A DNA stretch of 64,000 nucleotides from a virus. Each line of letters begins with the position of its first letter. Positions within the stretch are counted from its first letter, which is position 1. The stretch is from IMG/VR virus record IMGVR_UViG_3300045988_090087. The stretch is one strand, 5' to 3'. This document shows positions 26,966-37,051 of this stretch, piece by piece. Below the pieces are notes generated by a model. That model worked only from the letters and a program-made list of their open reading frames with translations, did not search any database and had not been told where the DNA came from. The translations under genes and the position numbers were made by a program.

Positions 26966-28492
26966 ATGAAACAAGCAACAAAATCTTCTTATATTAAGTT
27001 CTTTAATGATGCAATTAATAATAATCGTTCTTTAAAAGCTCAGTGTACTATATCAGGAAAAAATATAAATACTGTATATATTACAATGAGAAATCTTAGA
27101 AAGAAAGAAAATAAAGATGAAGATGATAAGAAGATATTGGAATTATATGATAGACTAAAGAATACTAAGAAAAAAGAAGTAAAGAAAGATACGGATGATG
27201 CTTCTAATACTTGGGAAATAAGAGACGAGGAGACTGGTAAAATTACTGGATATAAGTTTGAGATTTTCAGAAGAAATAAGCCCGCAATCACAGGAGTCTT
27301 TACTAGAAACGAAATGAATAGTGTATATAGAATGTATACTTATTACGGTTCTGGTTTAACCCAGCAGATTGTCAGCAGATATTTCCCAGATTATTCTCTT
27401 ATTGACTTTAAAAGAATTTTACGAGCTTTTAATATTACTAAAGCATCCTCTCCATTTGCCCCTCATATGTATGAAGAATATACTGAGGATGAATTAAAAG
27501 AAATGCATCTTAGGGAAAAAGAGAATGATTTCTTAAAAAGAATAGAGAAAGATGAGGTAAAGGATTTAAGAGCTTTAGTTACTAAGTTAACTAAGGAAAC
27601 CTCTAAGTCTTTAAATAGGGAACTTATAGAAGATACTATTAAAAATACAGTAAAGGATTATAAAGAACTTCCAGTAAATATTAATAATAAAGAAGCAAAA
27701 TATCCTGATTTAATTATATGGTTATCTGATTTACATATCGGAGCTTATAATGCTAAATATAGTAGTTTTGTACAGTTACCTTCTTATGATGTTCCAGAAA
27801 TTAAATCTAGATTATCTAGAATTGTGGAATCTTTTGTGGGACAAGAATATCATTCTGTATATGTAGTTAATCTTGGAGATTCTATTGATGGGTTCAATAA
27901 AGAAACTACTAGAGGGGGTCATGAGCTTCCTGAGATTCTTGATAATAAAGAAATTAGTGAAGCATTTATAGAGTGTATGATGGAGTTCTTTGCTACTCTT
28001 ACAGTAAAAGTAAAAAGTAAAGATTTTAATTATCTCTCTATAGGAGAATCTAATCATGGTGGTGATTTTGAATGGTTAAATCAGAAACTTTTAGCTGCAT
28101 ATTTAACTAAATATAATATTAAGAGTTATATTAGTAACTATCCTATTGATAACTTTATCATTGGAGATCATCAGTTCCTATATGCTCATGGTAAAGATAA
28201 TAATTCTCAGACTAGACAATTTCCTCTTACTTTAAATCCTCAGACTGAATTATTCTTTGCTAATTATATAGCAGAAAAAGGTATATGTAGTCCTCATATT
28301 TATGTAGTAAAAGGTGATTTACATAATTATGCTTATACTACTGGTAAACGATTTGATTATATATCAGTAGGTAGTATGTATGGTAGTAGTAATTATATTA
28401 CAGCTAATTTTGGACATACTAAATGGAGTATTAATTATACTATTGTAAAAGATAAAGATATTTTGATGGGAACTATTAAAGGAAATAATTAA
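26966..28492 (+). CDS. metallophosphoesterase-domain protein (508 aa)
   Basis: LSDLHIGA, NLGDSIDG, GESNHG calcineurin-like motifs in the C-terminal half. Confidence 0.65.
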   Translation: MKQATKSSYIKFFNDAINNNRSLKAQCTISGKNINTVYITMRNLRKKENKDEDDKKILELYDRLKNTKKKEVKKDTDDASNTWEIRDEETGKITGYKFEIFRRNKPAITGVFTRNEMNSVYRMYTYYGSGLTQQIVSRYFPDYSLIDFKRILRAFNITKASSPFAPHMYEEYTEDELKEMHLREKENDFLKRIEKDEVKDLRALVTKLTKETSKSLNRELIEDTIKNTVKDYKELPVNINNKEAKYPDLIIWLSDLHIGAYNAKYSSFVQLPSYDVPEIKSRLSRIVESFVGQEYHSVYVVNLGDSIDGFNKETTRGGHELPEILDNKEISEAFIECMMEFFATLTVKVKSKDFNYLSIGESNHGGDFEWLNQKLLAAYLTKYNIKSYISNYPIDNFIIGDHQFLYAHGKDNNSQTRQFPLTLNPQTELFFANYIAEKGICSPHIYVVKGDLHNYAYTTGKRFDYISVGSMYGSSNYITANFGHTKWSINYTIVKDKDILMGTIKGNN

Positions 28493-28758
28493 TGAAGGAC
28501 ATAAGACTTCCAGAAATATCCGATAAATTTATAGATATTTCTGATATAAATGAGAATACTTCGGGTATTATTTTAGCATACAAATGTAATAAACCAGTTG
28601 GATTCATTGGCTATAACAATGAAGATATTACATGGGAATATTTCGATGATATTACTATAGATTGTAGTTTTAAACGTAATGAAAATTTGCTAGCATTACT
28701 AAAAGCTATAATGTCAAATAATTACGCCGATAGTTTTAAATTAATTGATTTTAAATAA
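28492..28758 (+). CDS. hypothetical protein, paralog family member 1
   Basis: Shares the pattern I-D-[IL]-x(2)-I-x(2)-N-x(2)-G-I-I-[IL]-A-Y-K with 28758..29042. Confidence 0.55.
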   Translation: MKDIRLPEISDKFIDISDINENTSGIILAYKCNKPVGFIGYNNEDITWEYFDDITIDCSFKRNENLLALLKAIMSNNYADSFKLIDFK

Positions 28759-29042
28759 TGAAATATATTACTATTCCTAAAAGTAGTGATACTACTATAG
28801 ATTTAGCAGCTATTACTAATAATTATAAAGGTATAATTATCGCTTATAAAGAAGGTATGGCTGTAGGAAGCATTTCATATTGTTCAGATACCGATCTGTG
28901 GTATTTTTGTGACAATATAGATAATGGTCAATTTGATACATGTAAAGGTACATTATTAGAATTAGTCAATGACTTAATAGATACTAAACATATAGCAGAT
29001 AATTTTAGATTATTAGAATTTTATACTAACAACGATGATTAG
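28758..29042 (+). CDS. hypothetical protein, paralog family member 2
   Basis: Tandem paralog of 28492..28758 (TAATG junction). Confidence 0.55.
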   Translation: MKYITIPKSSDTTIDLAAITNNYKGIIIAYKEGMAVGSISYCSDTDLWYFCDNIDNGQFDTCKGTLLELVNDLIDTKHIADNFRLLEFYTNNDD

Positions 29043-29655
29043 CAGAGAAGACATTTTACAGGAAGCTTTACATAAGTGTTTTGTAGAAATGTATAGATGG
29101 GCTCAGCCTTCTATAGATTTGGATGAGCTTATTAAGAATGGATTTAAAGATAGTGAAAAAGATCCTTTATATGCTAGACATTATTTATCTCAAGATAATT
29201 TTAATTATATAAGAGATACTTATATGTATGCATATGGTATTAAGGATACTTGGGATGATACTTTTGAAATATTAATTAAACAACTCTTAGAAGGAGGTAT
29301 AGAAGATGATTATAAAGAAGCTACTCCTGATAAACCTGCTTATAGAGATTATAAAAAAGTTCTCCCACTAAAAGAAGTTATTACTTGCCCAGAAGAAGTT
29401 AATACTATTATTGACTATATAAAGAAATGTCAAAACTTTTATAAAGGACATTGCTATGAAACTAATAAATTTTCTTGTAGTATTGCATTAGGTCCTAGTC
29501 CCAATTGTAATGCAAAACATGTTACAGAATATTGGCATAGTCATGGCAAACCAGAGTTTAAAATAGTAGAATATAATATCTCAGATGTTATTTACGGAGA
29601 TGGAGATTTTGAAGAAGTATCTGATGAAGAATTCCTCGCTACATTAAAATGGTAA
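29035..29655 (+). CDS. hypothetical protein
   Basis: 206-aa ORF. Confidence 0.6.
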   Translation: MISREDILQEALHKCFVEMYRWAQPSIDLDELIKNGFKDSEKDPLYARHYLSQDNFNYIRDTYMYAYGIKDTWDDTFEILIKQLLEGGIEDDYKEATPDKPAYRDYKKVLPLKEVITCPEEVNTIIDYIKKCQNFYKGHCYETNKFSCSIALGPSPNCNAKHVTEYWHSHGKPEFKIVEYNISDVIYGDGDFEEVSDEEFLATLKW

Positions 29656-29885
29656 CTAATGAAATTACTAAAGATAACAAGACACTACTTATCTGCTATA
29701 AAAATTCATATCCCTATGGGCAAATATTATACAACGGGAGTAAGTGGATATATATTACTAGTGTAGATATAAATAAAGTTAATTATGCGGAAGATACTCC
29801 TCATAATTTAGTACAAAAATTATTAGATAAAGAAATTATTGATAACATAATGTTTTTCACATATAATGGAGAGAATGCCAACTGA
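29649..29885 (+). CDS. hypothetical protein, distant third member of the paralog family
   Basis: LLICYKNSYPYGQI... resembles the IILAYK...PVGFI core of 28492/28758. Confidence 0.5.
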   Translation: MVTNEITKDNKTLLICYKNSYPYGQILYNGSKWIYITSVDINKVNYAEDTPHNLVQKLLDKEIIDNIMFFTYNGENAN

Positions 29886-30660
29886 ATTTACTTTAGAAGA
29901 AGTATTAAAAGGAAAAGCTACTAGTATTAAGGGTAAAGATTATCTTCCTACTAGAGGATATATTGAGCCTTTTCTGGAAAGAGTTCAAAAATTAACTTCT
30001 GATATTAGAGTACATGTAAAATTACCTGATCAAATCACTTATAATAAAAATGGTGATATAGATACTGCTGATTTAACTTTTAATAGAGTATGGTTAGAAG
30101 CAGTATTACCAAATGAATATCAATATGCTAATCATCAGCAGGTAATTGGTATGGTATATGGTCTAGACACTAGAAAAGCTGTTGTAAAAATGTATTCAGG
30201 TGCTCTGAATTCTGCATGTACGAATCTTTGTGTATTTAATCCAGATAGTTTAGTAGTTAATGAAATAGAACCAGAGACTCCAATTAATTTTAAACCAATT
30301 ACAAGACTTGTAGAGCAAACTACAGAGATAGGAGTTACTCTCAGACGTTTTGCAGATACAGATTTTGACTATACTAATAAAAGTTTTGTAAATGAACATT
30401 TGGGTAGATGGATTCGTAACTGTATGTCTGAATCTGTTGATAATGGTTTTGGTAAAGTAAAATTAGCTACATCAACTCCTATTGATGCTTATAAATTATT
30501 ATTTGATAAAAAAGATAGTCCATATCTTATATCAGATGATAACGCAAATATGTTTACTGTATATAATGCATTCACTCAAATTATAACTGATTCTATGAAA
30601 AAGGATATTATGAATCAGGTTGAGAAAACTTTACTAGTAAACAGCATTTTAACTTTGTAA
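29866..30660 (+). CDS. hypothetical protein (264 aa)
   Basis: Long ORF before the nrd cluster. Confidence 0.6.
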   Translation: MERMPTEFTLEEVLKGKATSIKGKDYLPTRGYIEPFLERVQKLTSDIRVHVKLPDQITYNKNGDIDTADLTFNRVWLEAVLPNEYQYANHQQVIGMVYGLDTRKAVVKMYSGALNSACTNLCVFNPDSLVVNEIEPETPINFKPITRLVEQTTEIGVTLRRFADTDFDYTNKSFVNEHLGRWIRNCMSESVDNGFGKVKLATSTPIDAYKLLFDKKDSPYLISDDNANMFTVYNAFTQIITDSMKKDIMNQVEKTLLVNSILTL

Positions 30661-30681
30661 ATAATATTTTGAAATAACTAT

Positions 30682-30726
30682 ATAAGCACTATATTATTAG
30701 TTCAGTACTAGTATTATAGTGCTTAT
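30682..30726 (+). promoter_or_regulatory. 12-bp perfect inverted repeat upstream of nrdD (terminator-like hairpin or operator)
   Basis: ataagcactata (30682-30693) pairs with tatagtgcttat (30715-30726); no T-run follows. Confidence 0.3.
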
Positions 30727-30757
30727 TTCGTAGATGATTTAAAATGTTAATTTATAA

Positions 30758-31972
30758 ATGTTATTTATGGTAATAAAGAGAGACGGAATTAAAGAAGAGT
30801 TTAACAGAAACAAAATTAGAGATGCTGTACTAAAGGCTTTTGGAATTACCCAAAATTCTAGTAAGACAATGGACGAAGATATTTACAGAGCAGTTACTGA
30901 GATAACTAATTCTGTAGTAGAAACTGAAGATCAATCCATTGAGGATATTCAAGACCAAATTGAAGAACTCTTAATGGATTTAGGATATTACAACGTAGCT
31001 AAAAAATATATTCTATATCGTAAAGAACGTGAAGATATTAGAAATCATGCTACTAGGGATATTAAATTTATTCATAATTTTGTAAAGTCTGATAATACTG
31101 CTAATGCTACTATTGATGATAATAGTAATGTTGGAACTAAAGGTATTGGAGTATTAAACGCTGAAATACATAAAGTCGATAATAAACTTACTAATACAGA
31201 ATGGTGGGAAAGTTTTGTAAAGAAGAGAGACCCTAACTTTAATATAAAAGTTATGAGGAATGACTTTAAAACTATTTTGTATCCTCATGACTCATCTTCT
31301 CAAGTAGGAGAACCATATTGTATGGCAGCTTCTATGTATCCTTTCTTGTTGTTTGGATTAGAGAAATTAGGAGGTAAATCAGCTGTTCCAAAGAACCTTG
31401 ATTCATTCTGTGGTATTTATGTAAATTTAAACTTTGCATTAGCCTCTGAAATTAAAGGAGCAGTAGCTACTCCTGAGTTTCTGATGTATATGGATTATTT
31501 CTGTAGAAAAGAATGGGGAAATAATTATTATCTCAAACCAAGTGTAAAAATAACTACAGATTATTGTATAAAACAGAAAACTATTGGCAGTCAAATTGAT
31601 CAATATTTCCAACAGGTAACTTATTCCATTAATCAAATAGCAGGAGCTAGAGGAATGCAGTCCCCATTTACAAATTTTTCATTCTTCGATAAATATTTCT
31701 TTGAAGGTATGTTTGGAGAATTTGTATTTCCAGATGGAACAAAGCCAGAATGGAATTCTACTAATTGGTTACAAAGACGTTATTTACATTGGTTAAATCA
31801 AGAAAGATTAAAATGTATCTTAACATTTCCTGTGTGTAGTTATGCTTGCTTAACAGATAAGGAAGGTAATTTTAAAGATTTAGATACTTTCCATTTTATA
31901 TGCAATGAATATGCTCAAGGAAATTCTTTCTTTACTTATTTGTCTCGTAGTGTAGATAGTTTAAGTTCATGT
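30758..31972 (+). CDS. nrdD: anaerobic ribonucleoside-triphosphate reductase NrdD, N-extein
   Basis: ATP-cone VIKRDGIKEEF..KI at the N-terminus; ends ...LSSC immediately before the intein Cys. Confidence 0.85.
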
Positions 31973-33031
31973 TGCTTTTCTAAAGATACTAAGTTTTTAT
32001 GGAAATCTAGCACTTCTGGAGTACATCTAACTACCTTTGAAGAATTTAAAAATCTTCCATATAAAAATATGAAAGAGAATTTTAAAGTATTTCACAATGG
32101 CTCTTGGGTAGCTGGCAAAGTTATAGATTTACCTAATCGTCCTATGTATAAAGTTACCACTTATAATAATAAAGAGTTTATTATGACTGATAATCATATA
32201 AATGTAACTTTACAAGGAGAAAAATCAACAGAACAGTTAACTATTAATGATTACTTATTATTCAATACTTCTAAGTTAAGTGCTATTCCAGATAATAATG
32301 AACATTTAACTTACGCCCAAGGTTATGTAATTGGATCATTTTTAGGTGATGGCTCTTTTAGTTCTGAAATAAATGGAGTTATCTATGATATTAATTTATC
32401 CCAAAATGAACAAAAATATAAACGTTCTAAATTTTATTGGAATCTCGCATTAAAACAAATGGGATATGAACCTAATGTGGTTTTAAAAGAAGTAGTAAAT
32501 AATGTTTATCCATTAAGGGTATCTAATAAAAATTTAGTTGCTTTTATTCAAAAATGGACTAATTGGTATAGAGGAACTTATGCTCATAATAAGAAATTAA
32601 ACATGAATTGTCTTCTTCAATCTGTAAAATTTAGAGAAGGTATACTACAAGGATGGTATGATACTGATGGGGGAAATTCTAACAGATGCTACACGACTTC
32701 TCCTGAATTAGCAGAAAATATGGAAGCCTTAATAACTTCTTTAGGAATGCAAAGCATTATTAATATATCAGATAGAACAGATGAAGAAGTTATAATACGC
32801 GGGGAACATTATAAAAGAAATTACCCATTATATTGTGTAAGATGGTATGAAGATGCAAATCATAGAGCTAATAAAGACAAGACACATAGTTGGATAAAAT
32901 ATAATAATGGAATATACTTTAAAATAAAATCTATCGAACCATATGATTACAATGATAGAGTATATTGTATAGAATGTAAAAATGCTTCTGAACCATATTT
33001 TACATTACCAAGTGGATTAATTACTCATAAT
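31973..33031 (+). mobile_element. intein with LAGLIDADG homing endonuclease domain (353 aa) inside NrdD
   Basis: Starts CFSKDT, ends ...LITHN followed by Cys. Internal LAGLIDADG motifs VIGSFLGDGSF and ILQGWYDTDGG. Excision restores SSC-CRLQN. Confidence 0.75.
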
Positions 33032-34045
33032 TGTCGTCTTCAAAATGCCGTACAAGAAAATACATTTAATACTACTAATGGTCAAATAGGTATAATGACT
33101 GGTAGTAAAAATGTTATTACTCTTGATTTAAATAGAATTATTCAGGATTGGCAGCATACTTGGTCTGATTATAAAGACCATATTGATGTTAACACCAATA
33201 GATGTTGTTTCCCAGTAGATTGGATTACACATAAAGACTTCCAAGAAGGAATTAAGAAATATATAGAAAATATTCTTGAAAGAGTTTATTTGTATCAGTA
33301 TGCTTATAACGACTTAATGCACTGGTGCAAAGATCATCATTTATATGCTGCTTATGATGCTGGTTTTATTAATCTTGATAAACAATATTTAACTATTGGA
33401 ATTAATGGCTTAAATCAGGCTGCTGAATACTTAGGAATGGAATGTAATAATAATATTTATTATAAGACATTCTGTAGATTGATATTCAGTACTATAAAAG
33501 AACAGAATAAGAAACATAAAACTAAAACAGCTCAATTTAATACTGAACAAGTACCCGCAGAAAGTGCTTCAGTAAAACTTTATAATAGAGATAAAGCTGA
33601 TGGTTATTGGATTCCTACAGACACTAATCTGTATGCTAGTTATATATTTAAACCTAATGATACACATATAAGTATACTTGATAAAATTATACTTCATAGT
33701 TCTGAATTCGCTGCTGATGAATTAGATGGAGGTTCTGCTTGTCATCTTAATTTATCTGAACATTTGAGTCAGAAACAATATGAGTATTTACTTAAATTTA
33801 TGGCTAAAGTAGGTTGTAAATATGCTACTTTTAATATTCCTAATTGTGAATGTGAAGAGTGTCATTTTATAGCAAAACAACCGTTTAGTAAATGTCCTAA
33901 ATGTGGTAGTACGCATGTAAGTCTATGGGATAGAATTATCGGCTATCTTACAAAGATTTCTAACTGGAGTGCTGCTAGACAACTAGAAGGTAGTACTAGA
34001 AGTAGAAAGAATGAATTAGAAATTAATATAGAATTAGCACAATGA
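33032..34045 (+). CDS. nrdD: NrdD, C-extein
   Basis: C-terminal Zn ribbon CECEEC...CPKCGS and glycyl-radical motif RIIGYL. Confidence 0.85.
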   Translation, partial: CRLQNAVQENTFNTTNGQIGIMTGSKNVITLDLNRIIQDWQHTWSDYKDHIDVNTNRCCFPVDWITHKDFQEGIKKYIENILERVYLYQYAYNDLMHWCKDHHLYAAYDAGFINLDKQYLTIGINGLNQAAEYLGMECNNNIYYKTFCRLIFSTIKEQNKKHKTKTAQFNTEQVPAESASVKLYNRDKADGYWIPTDTNLYASYIFKPNDTHISILDKIILHSSEFAADELDGGSACHLNLSEHLSQKQYEYLLKFMAKVGCKYATFNIPNCECEECHFIAKQPFSKCPKCGSTHVSLWDRIIGYLTKISNWSAARQLEGSTRSRKNELEINIELAQ

Positions 34046-34305
34046 AAAGAATATTAAAATTTGAAGCAGAGTGGTGTGGACAATGTAAAGCTTTAGCACC
34101 TATTTTAAAAAGAGTATTAGAAAATCATACTGATATTACTTTAACTACAGTAGATATAGAGACAGAGGAAGAAACTACTCTTAAATATAATATTAGAAAT
34201 CTTCCAACTCTTGTATTTATAAAAGATAATATAGAAGTAGGAAGAACTTCTGGAGTTTTAACTGCTGATATGCTTGAGAATAAAATTAAAGAGCTCTATG
34301 CTTAA
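34042..34305 (+). CDS. thioredoxin-like protein
   Basis: WCGQC active-site motif; 87 aa. Confidence 0.8.
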   Translation: MKRILKFEAEWCGQCKALAPILKRVLENHTDITLTTVDIETEEETTLKYNIRNLPTLVFIKDNIEVGRTSGVLTADMLENKIKELYA

Positions 34306-34774
34306 ATATGTTGATACAGCTGTTACTTTTGCAGAATTTCCTAATGAAGTTTCTCTATGTATTAACATCAGTGGTTGCCCTTGTTTCTGCGATGGTTGCC
34401 ACTCACCTTATTTGTCAAAAGATATTGGAGAAGTACTATCATTGGAACGACTCCAAGGATTAATTGAATCTAATAAAGGAATTACATTAGTAGGATTTAT
34501 GGGAGGAGATTCTGATCCAAAAGAAATAAATAAATTAGCTAAATGGGTTAGAGAAAATTATCCCGAATTACATATTGGATGGTATAGTGGTAAACAAGAA
34601 TTAGCTGATAGTGTTATAGATATTGATAATTTTGATTATCTTAAACTTGGTCCTTATATGAAACAATTTGGACCATTAAATAATCCGAATACTAATCAAA
34701 AATTTTATAAGATAGATAGAAATGCCCATATAATGATATGGTGTACTGATATATTTTGGAAGGAGGCTGAATAA
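34298..34774 (+). CDS. nrdG: anaerobic RNR activating protein NrdG (radical SAM)
   Basis: Cys cluster GCPCFCDGCHSP; start moved to ATG 34298 (MLKYVD...). Confidence 0.8.
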   Translation: MLKYVDTAVTFAEFPNEVSLCINISGCPCFCDGCHSPYLSKDIGEVLSLERLQGLIESNKGITLVGFMGGDSDPKEINKLAKWVRENYPELHIGWYSGKQELADSVIDIDNFDYLKLGPYMKQFGPLNNPNTNQKFYKIDRNAHIMIWCTDIFWKEAE

Positions 34775-34787
34775 GCCTCCTTTTTTA
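34761..34787 (+). terminator. rho-independent terminator
   Basis: Stem aggaggc/gcctcct spanning the nrdG stop, followed by TTTTTT. Confidence 0.7.
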
Positions 34788-34792
34788 GTTTT

Positions 34793-34963
34793 ATGGAGTG
34801 TGCAATTTTAAATTACGGTGTAGGAAGTGTTGACTTAGCAACAGTTCCAGATGATATTAATGATGTAGAAGTTTATTTATGTGATGTTCTTGGTTACAGA
34901 GAAGATGAAATAGAATTTATGATTAAAGAAGGTAAAATTAATGTAGAAGATGATAGAGACTAA
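34793..34963 (+). CDS. hypothetical acidic protein (56 aa)
   Basis: Hand-translated MECAILNYGVGS...; below track cutoff. Confidence 0.4.
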   Translation: MECAILNYGVGSVDLATVPDDINDVEVYLCDVLGYREDEIEFMIKEGKINVEDDRD

Positions 34964-35345
34964 ACGAATAAATAATTTAGAATTTAAGGTCGCTACCTAT
35001 CTTTTAAAAAATCCTCCTGAAATTAAAGCCTACCATATAAATAGATATATGCCTAATTGTTATTATGGTCATGAGTCTGATTTTATAAAAATAGATAATG
35101 ATTGGTACAGAAGCCCAAACTTTTCCTGGCATAAAATACATAAAAGCTGCTTTAAAAATTCTGAAACTTGTTATGCTATAGCAAGTTTTGAGTATAATAA
35201 ACATGAAGGAGTTTATGAATTTATGTGGGTAGGTGAAAGACCTTTAGATTTAACAGAACAAGAAGAAAAAGATTTTAAAGAATTAATTATTTATGGTTTT
35301 AATAAGTTAAATCATGGAAGTGACGAAGGTGAGTCAGATTACTGA
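34950..35345 (+). CDS. hypothetical protein
   Basis: 131-aa ORF. Confidence 0.55.
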   Translation: MIETKRINNLEFKVATYLLKNPPEIKAYHINRYMPNCYYGHESDFIKIDNDWYRSPNFSWHKIHKSCFKNSETCYAIASFEYNKHEGVYEFMWVGERPLDLTEQEEKDFKELIIYGFNKLNHGSDEGESDY

Positions 35346-35529
35346 TGATCTTAAGAAATACACATATGGAGGCAAAGATTCCGACTATATAACTCTTACG
35401 GAATGGGCTAATGGAGAAGGATATGATATTGATATTAATGGTAAATTAATATCTTTATCTAATGATGAACTAGAAGCCATTAACTATTTAACACTAGTAA
35501 TGCGCTTCGAAAACAAAAATAATGGATGA
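35314..35529 (+). CDS. hypothetical protein
   Basis: 71-aa ORF. Confidence 0.5.
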   Translation: MEVTKVSQITDDLKKYTYGGKDSDYITLTEWANGEGYDIDINGKLISLSNDELEAINYLTLVMRFENKNNG

Positions 35530-35698
35530 CATAATTGTGTTAGATTATTTCAATGGTAAAGTTTATATTTATACCTTACCTAGATTACAAATGTATGATA
35601 GTGAGATAGAAGATTGGTTAGATTCTATGAGTTTTGATCTAAGCAATATAAACTGGATGGTTAATAAAAATATCACGATTAATGATGAAAGAAAATAA
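35522..35698 (+). CDS. hypothetical protein (58 aa)
   Basis: Hand-translated MDDIIVLDYFNGKVYIY...; fills the gap between track ORFs. Confidence 0.4.
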   Translation: MDDIIVLDYFNGKVYIYTLPRLQMYDSEIEDWLDSMSFDLSNINWMVNKNITINDERK

Positions 35699-36122
35699 GA
35701 CAGAATTAGAACAGAATATTGACGAGATTATTGAAAGCTCTAGAAAAATTTCTAATATTTTTACTTTGGAAACTGCTAGATTGATTAAGGCTGCACTAGT
35801 TAATAATAAGCACTCTGAAAAGCCTGTTTCCGAATTAGAAGTTCTTCAGAAAATGGCTAAAGAGCGTGAAAAGTCTATAGTTCTCTACACAAATGCAGGT
35901 CGTCAGGACTTAGCTCGTTTAGAGTCTAAAGAACTTGATTGTATTAAAGAGATGATGCCTAAAGAACCTTCAGAGAAGGAGATTGAAGAACTTATTGCTG
36001 AATTAATGGAAGCAACAACTCTTACTATTAAAGATACTAAAGGTGTTATTGCAGATGTTCAAAGTAGATTCCCTACTGCTCAGAAGAGTACTATTGTTAA
36101 AATATTTAAATCTTTACTGTAA
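35682..36122 (+). CDS. GatB/YqeY-domain protein
   Basis: Alignable by eye to bacterial YqeY along its length (..LKAAL.. / ..EREKSI..Y..AGR.DLA..E..EL..I...MP...SE.EIE.LI.E....). Confidence 0.65.
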   Translation: MMKENKTELEQNIDEIIESSRKISNIFTLETARLIKAALVNNKHSEKPVSELEVLQKMAKEREKSIVLYTNAGRQDLARLESKELDCIKEMMPKEPSEKEIEELIAELMEATTLTIKDTKGVIADVQSRFPTAQKSTIVKIFKSLL

Positions 36123-36436
36123 TGAAGTTATACGGAAAATTGGATGAAGAGGCTATTACTGACATATCTTGTAATTTGAAAGCTTTTGAAGAGTATGATG
36201 ATGTTTATTATACTACTAAAGAAGCTGTATCAATGTATGATGTTTACGTACCTTTTGAAGAAAACTTAGATGCAGATTGGCTTCCTTATAATTGTACTAT
36301 CGTAGAATATGATATATTTTTCAAAGATGGTGAATACTATTATGAAGGAGAGGAGCCTGATGATTCAGTAAGAGGCGAACGAACATTTGAATATAAAGAA
36401 GGTAAGTTAGTAAAACAGGGGTTTAAGCCATATTAA
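36122..36436 (+). CDS. hypothetical acidic protein
   Basis: TAATG junction; Asp/Glu/Tyr-rich. Confidence 0.5.
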   Translation: MKLYGKLDEEAITDISCNLKAFEEYDDVYYTTKEAVSMYDVYVPFEENLDADWLPYNCTIVEYDIFFKDGEYYYEGEEPDDSVRGERTFEYKEGKLVKQGFKPY

Positions 36437-36437
36437 T

Positions 36438-36767
36438 ATGTATTTTATATATAAGAAACAAATAAATGTAGCTAGTGAATATAGCTATAATGTAGACTCT
36501 ATAGTTGAATGGTTTAAAGATTATATCGATCAAGATGATATTATAGAGGCACATGGAGGAGTAGAAGAAGTTACTGCTAAAGATATAGTAGACGATATTT
36601 TCTGTGAATCCGATTTTTGGTATGATGATTTTATACAAAATTTTGATATAGAATCAGATGTTATAGAGAATATGTATCCTGAAGATATTGCTGAACAGCT
36701 AAAAGAAATAGTAGGAGATAAATTAATAGATTACTATACTAAGCGTTTAAAAGAACTTCAAAAATGA
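36438..36767 (+). CDS. hypothetical acidic protein
   Basis: 109-aa ORF; coupled to neighbours. Confidence 0.5.
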   Translation: MYFIYKKQINVASEYSYNVDSIVEWFKDYIDQDDIIEAHGGVEEVTAKDIVDDIFCESDFWYDDFIQNFDIESDVIENMYPEDIAEQLKEIVGDKLIDYYTKRLKELQK

Positions 36768-37051
36768 TAAATTTAATATGGAGTGAAATTCGACAAGTAT
36801 CTGTTGAAGAAGATACCCTTTACTCAGCTTTACTTTACATATATCGCACCTATATAGGAAGTGAAGACGATAGCATAAACGAGATTATTGAAGGCATTCA
36901 AGACAATATAGAAAATTATATAGAAGAATTAATTGAAGAAGCTTCCCCTTATGATTATTCTAATGGAGATATAGATTGCGAAGATATTACAGAATTAGTT
37001 ACTGGAGATAAGTTTTTAGAAAAATTTAAAGAATGGTATTTGAATGAGTGA
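36764..37051 (+). CDS. hypothetical acidic protein
   Basis: 95-aa ORF. Confidence 0.5.
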   Translation: MINLIWSEIRQVSVEEDTLYSALLYIYRTYIGSEDDSINEIIEGIQDNIENYIEELIEEASPYDYSNGDIDCEDITELVTGDKFLEKFKEWYLNE

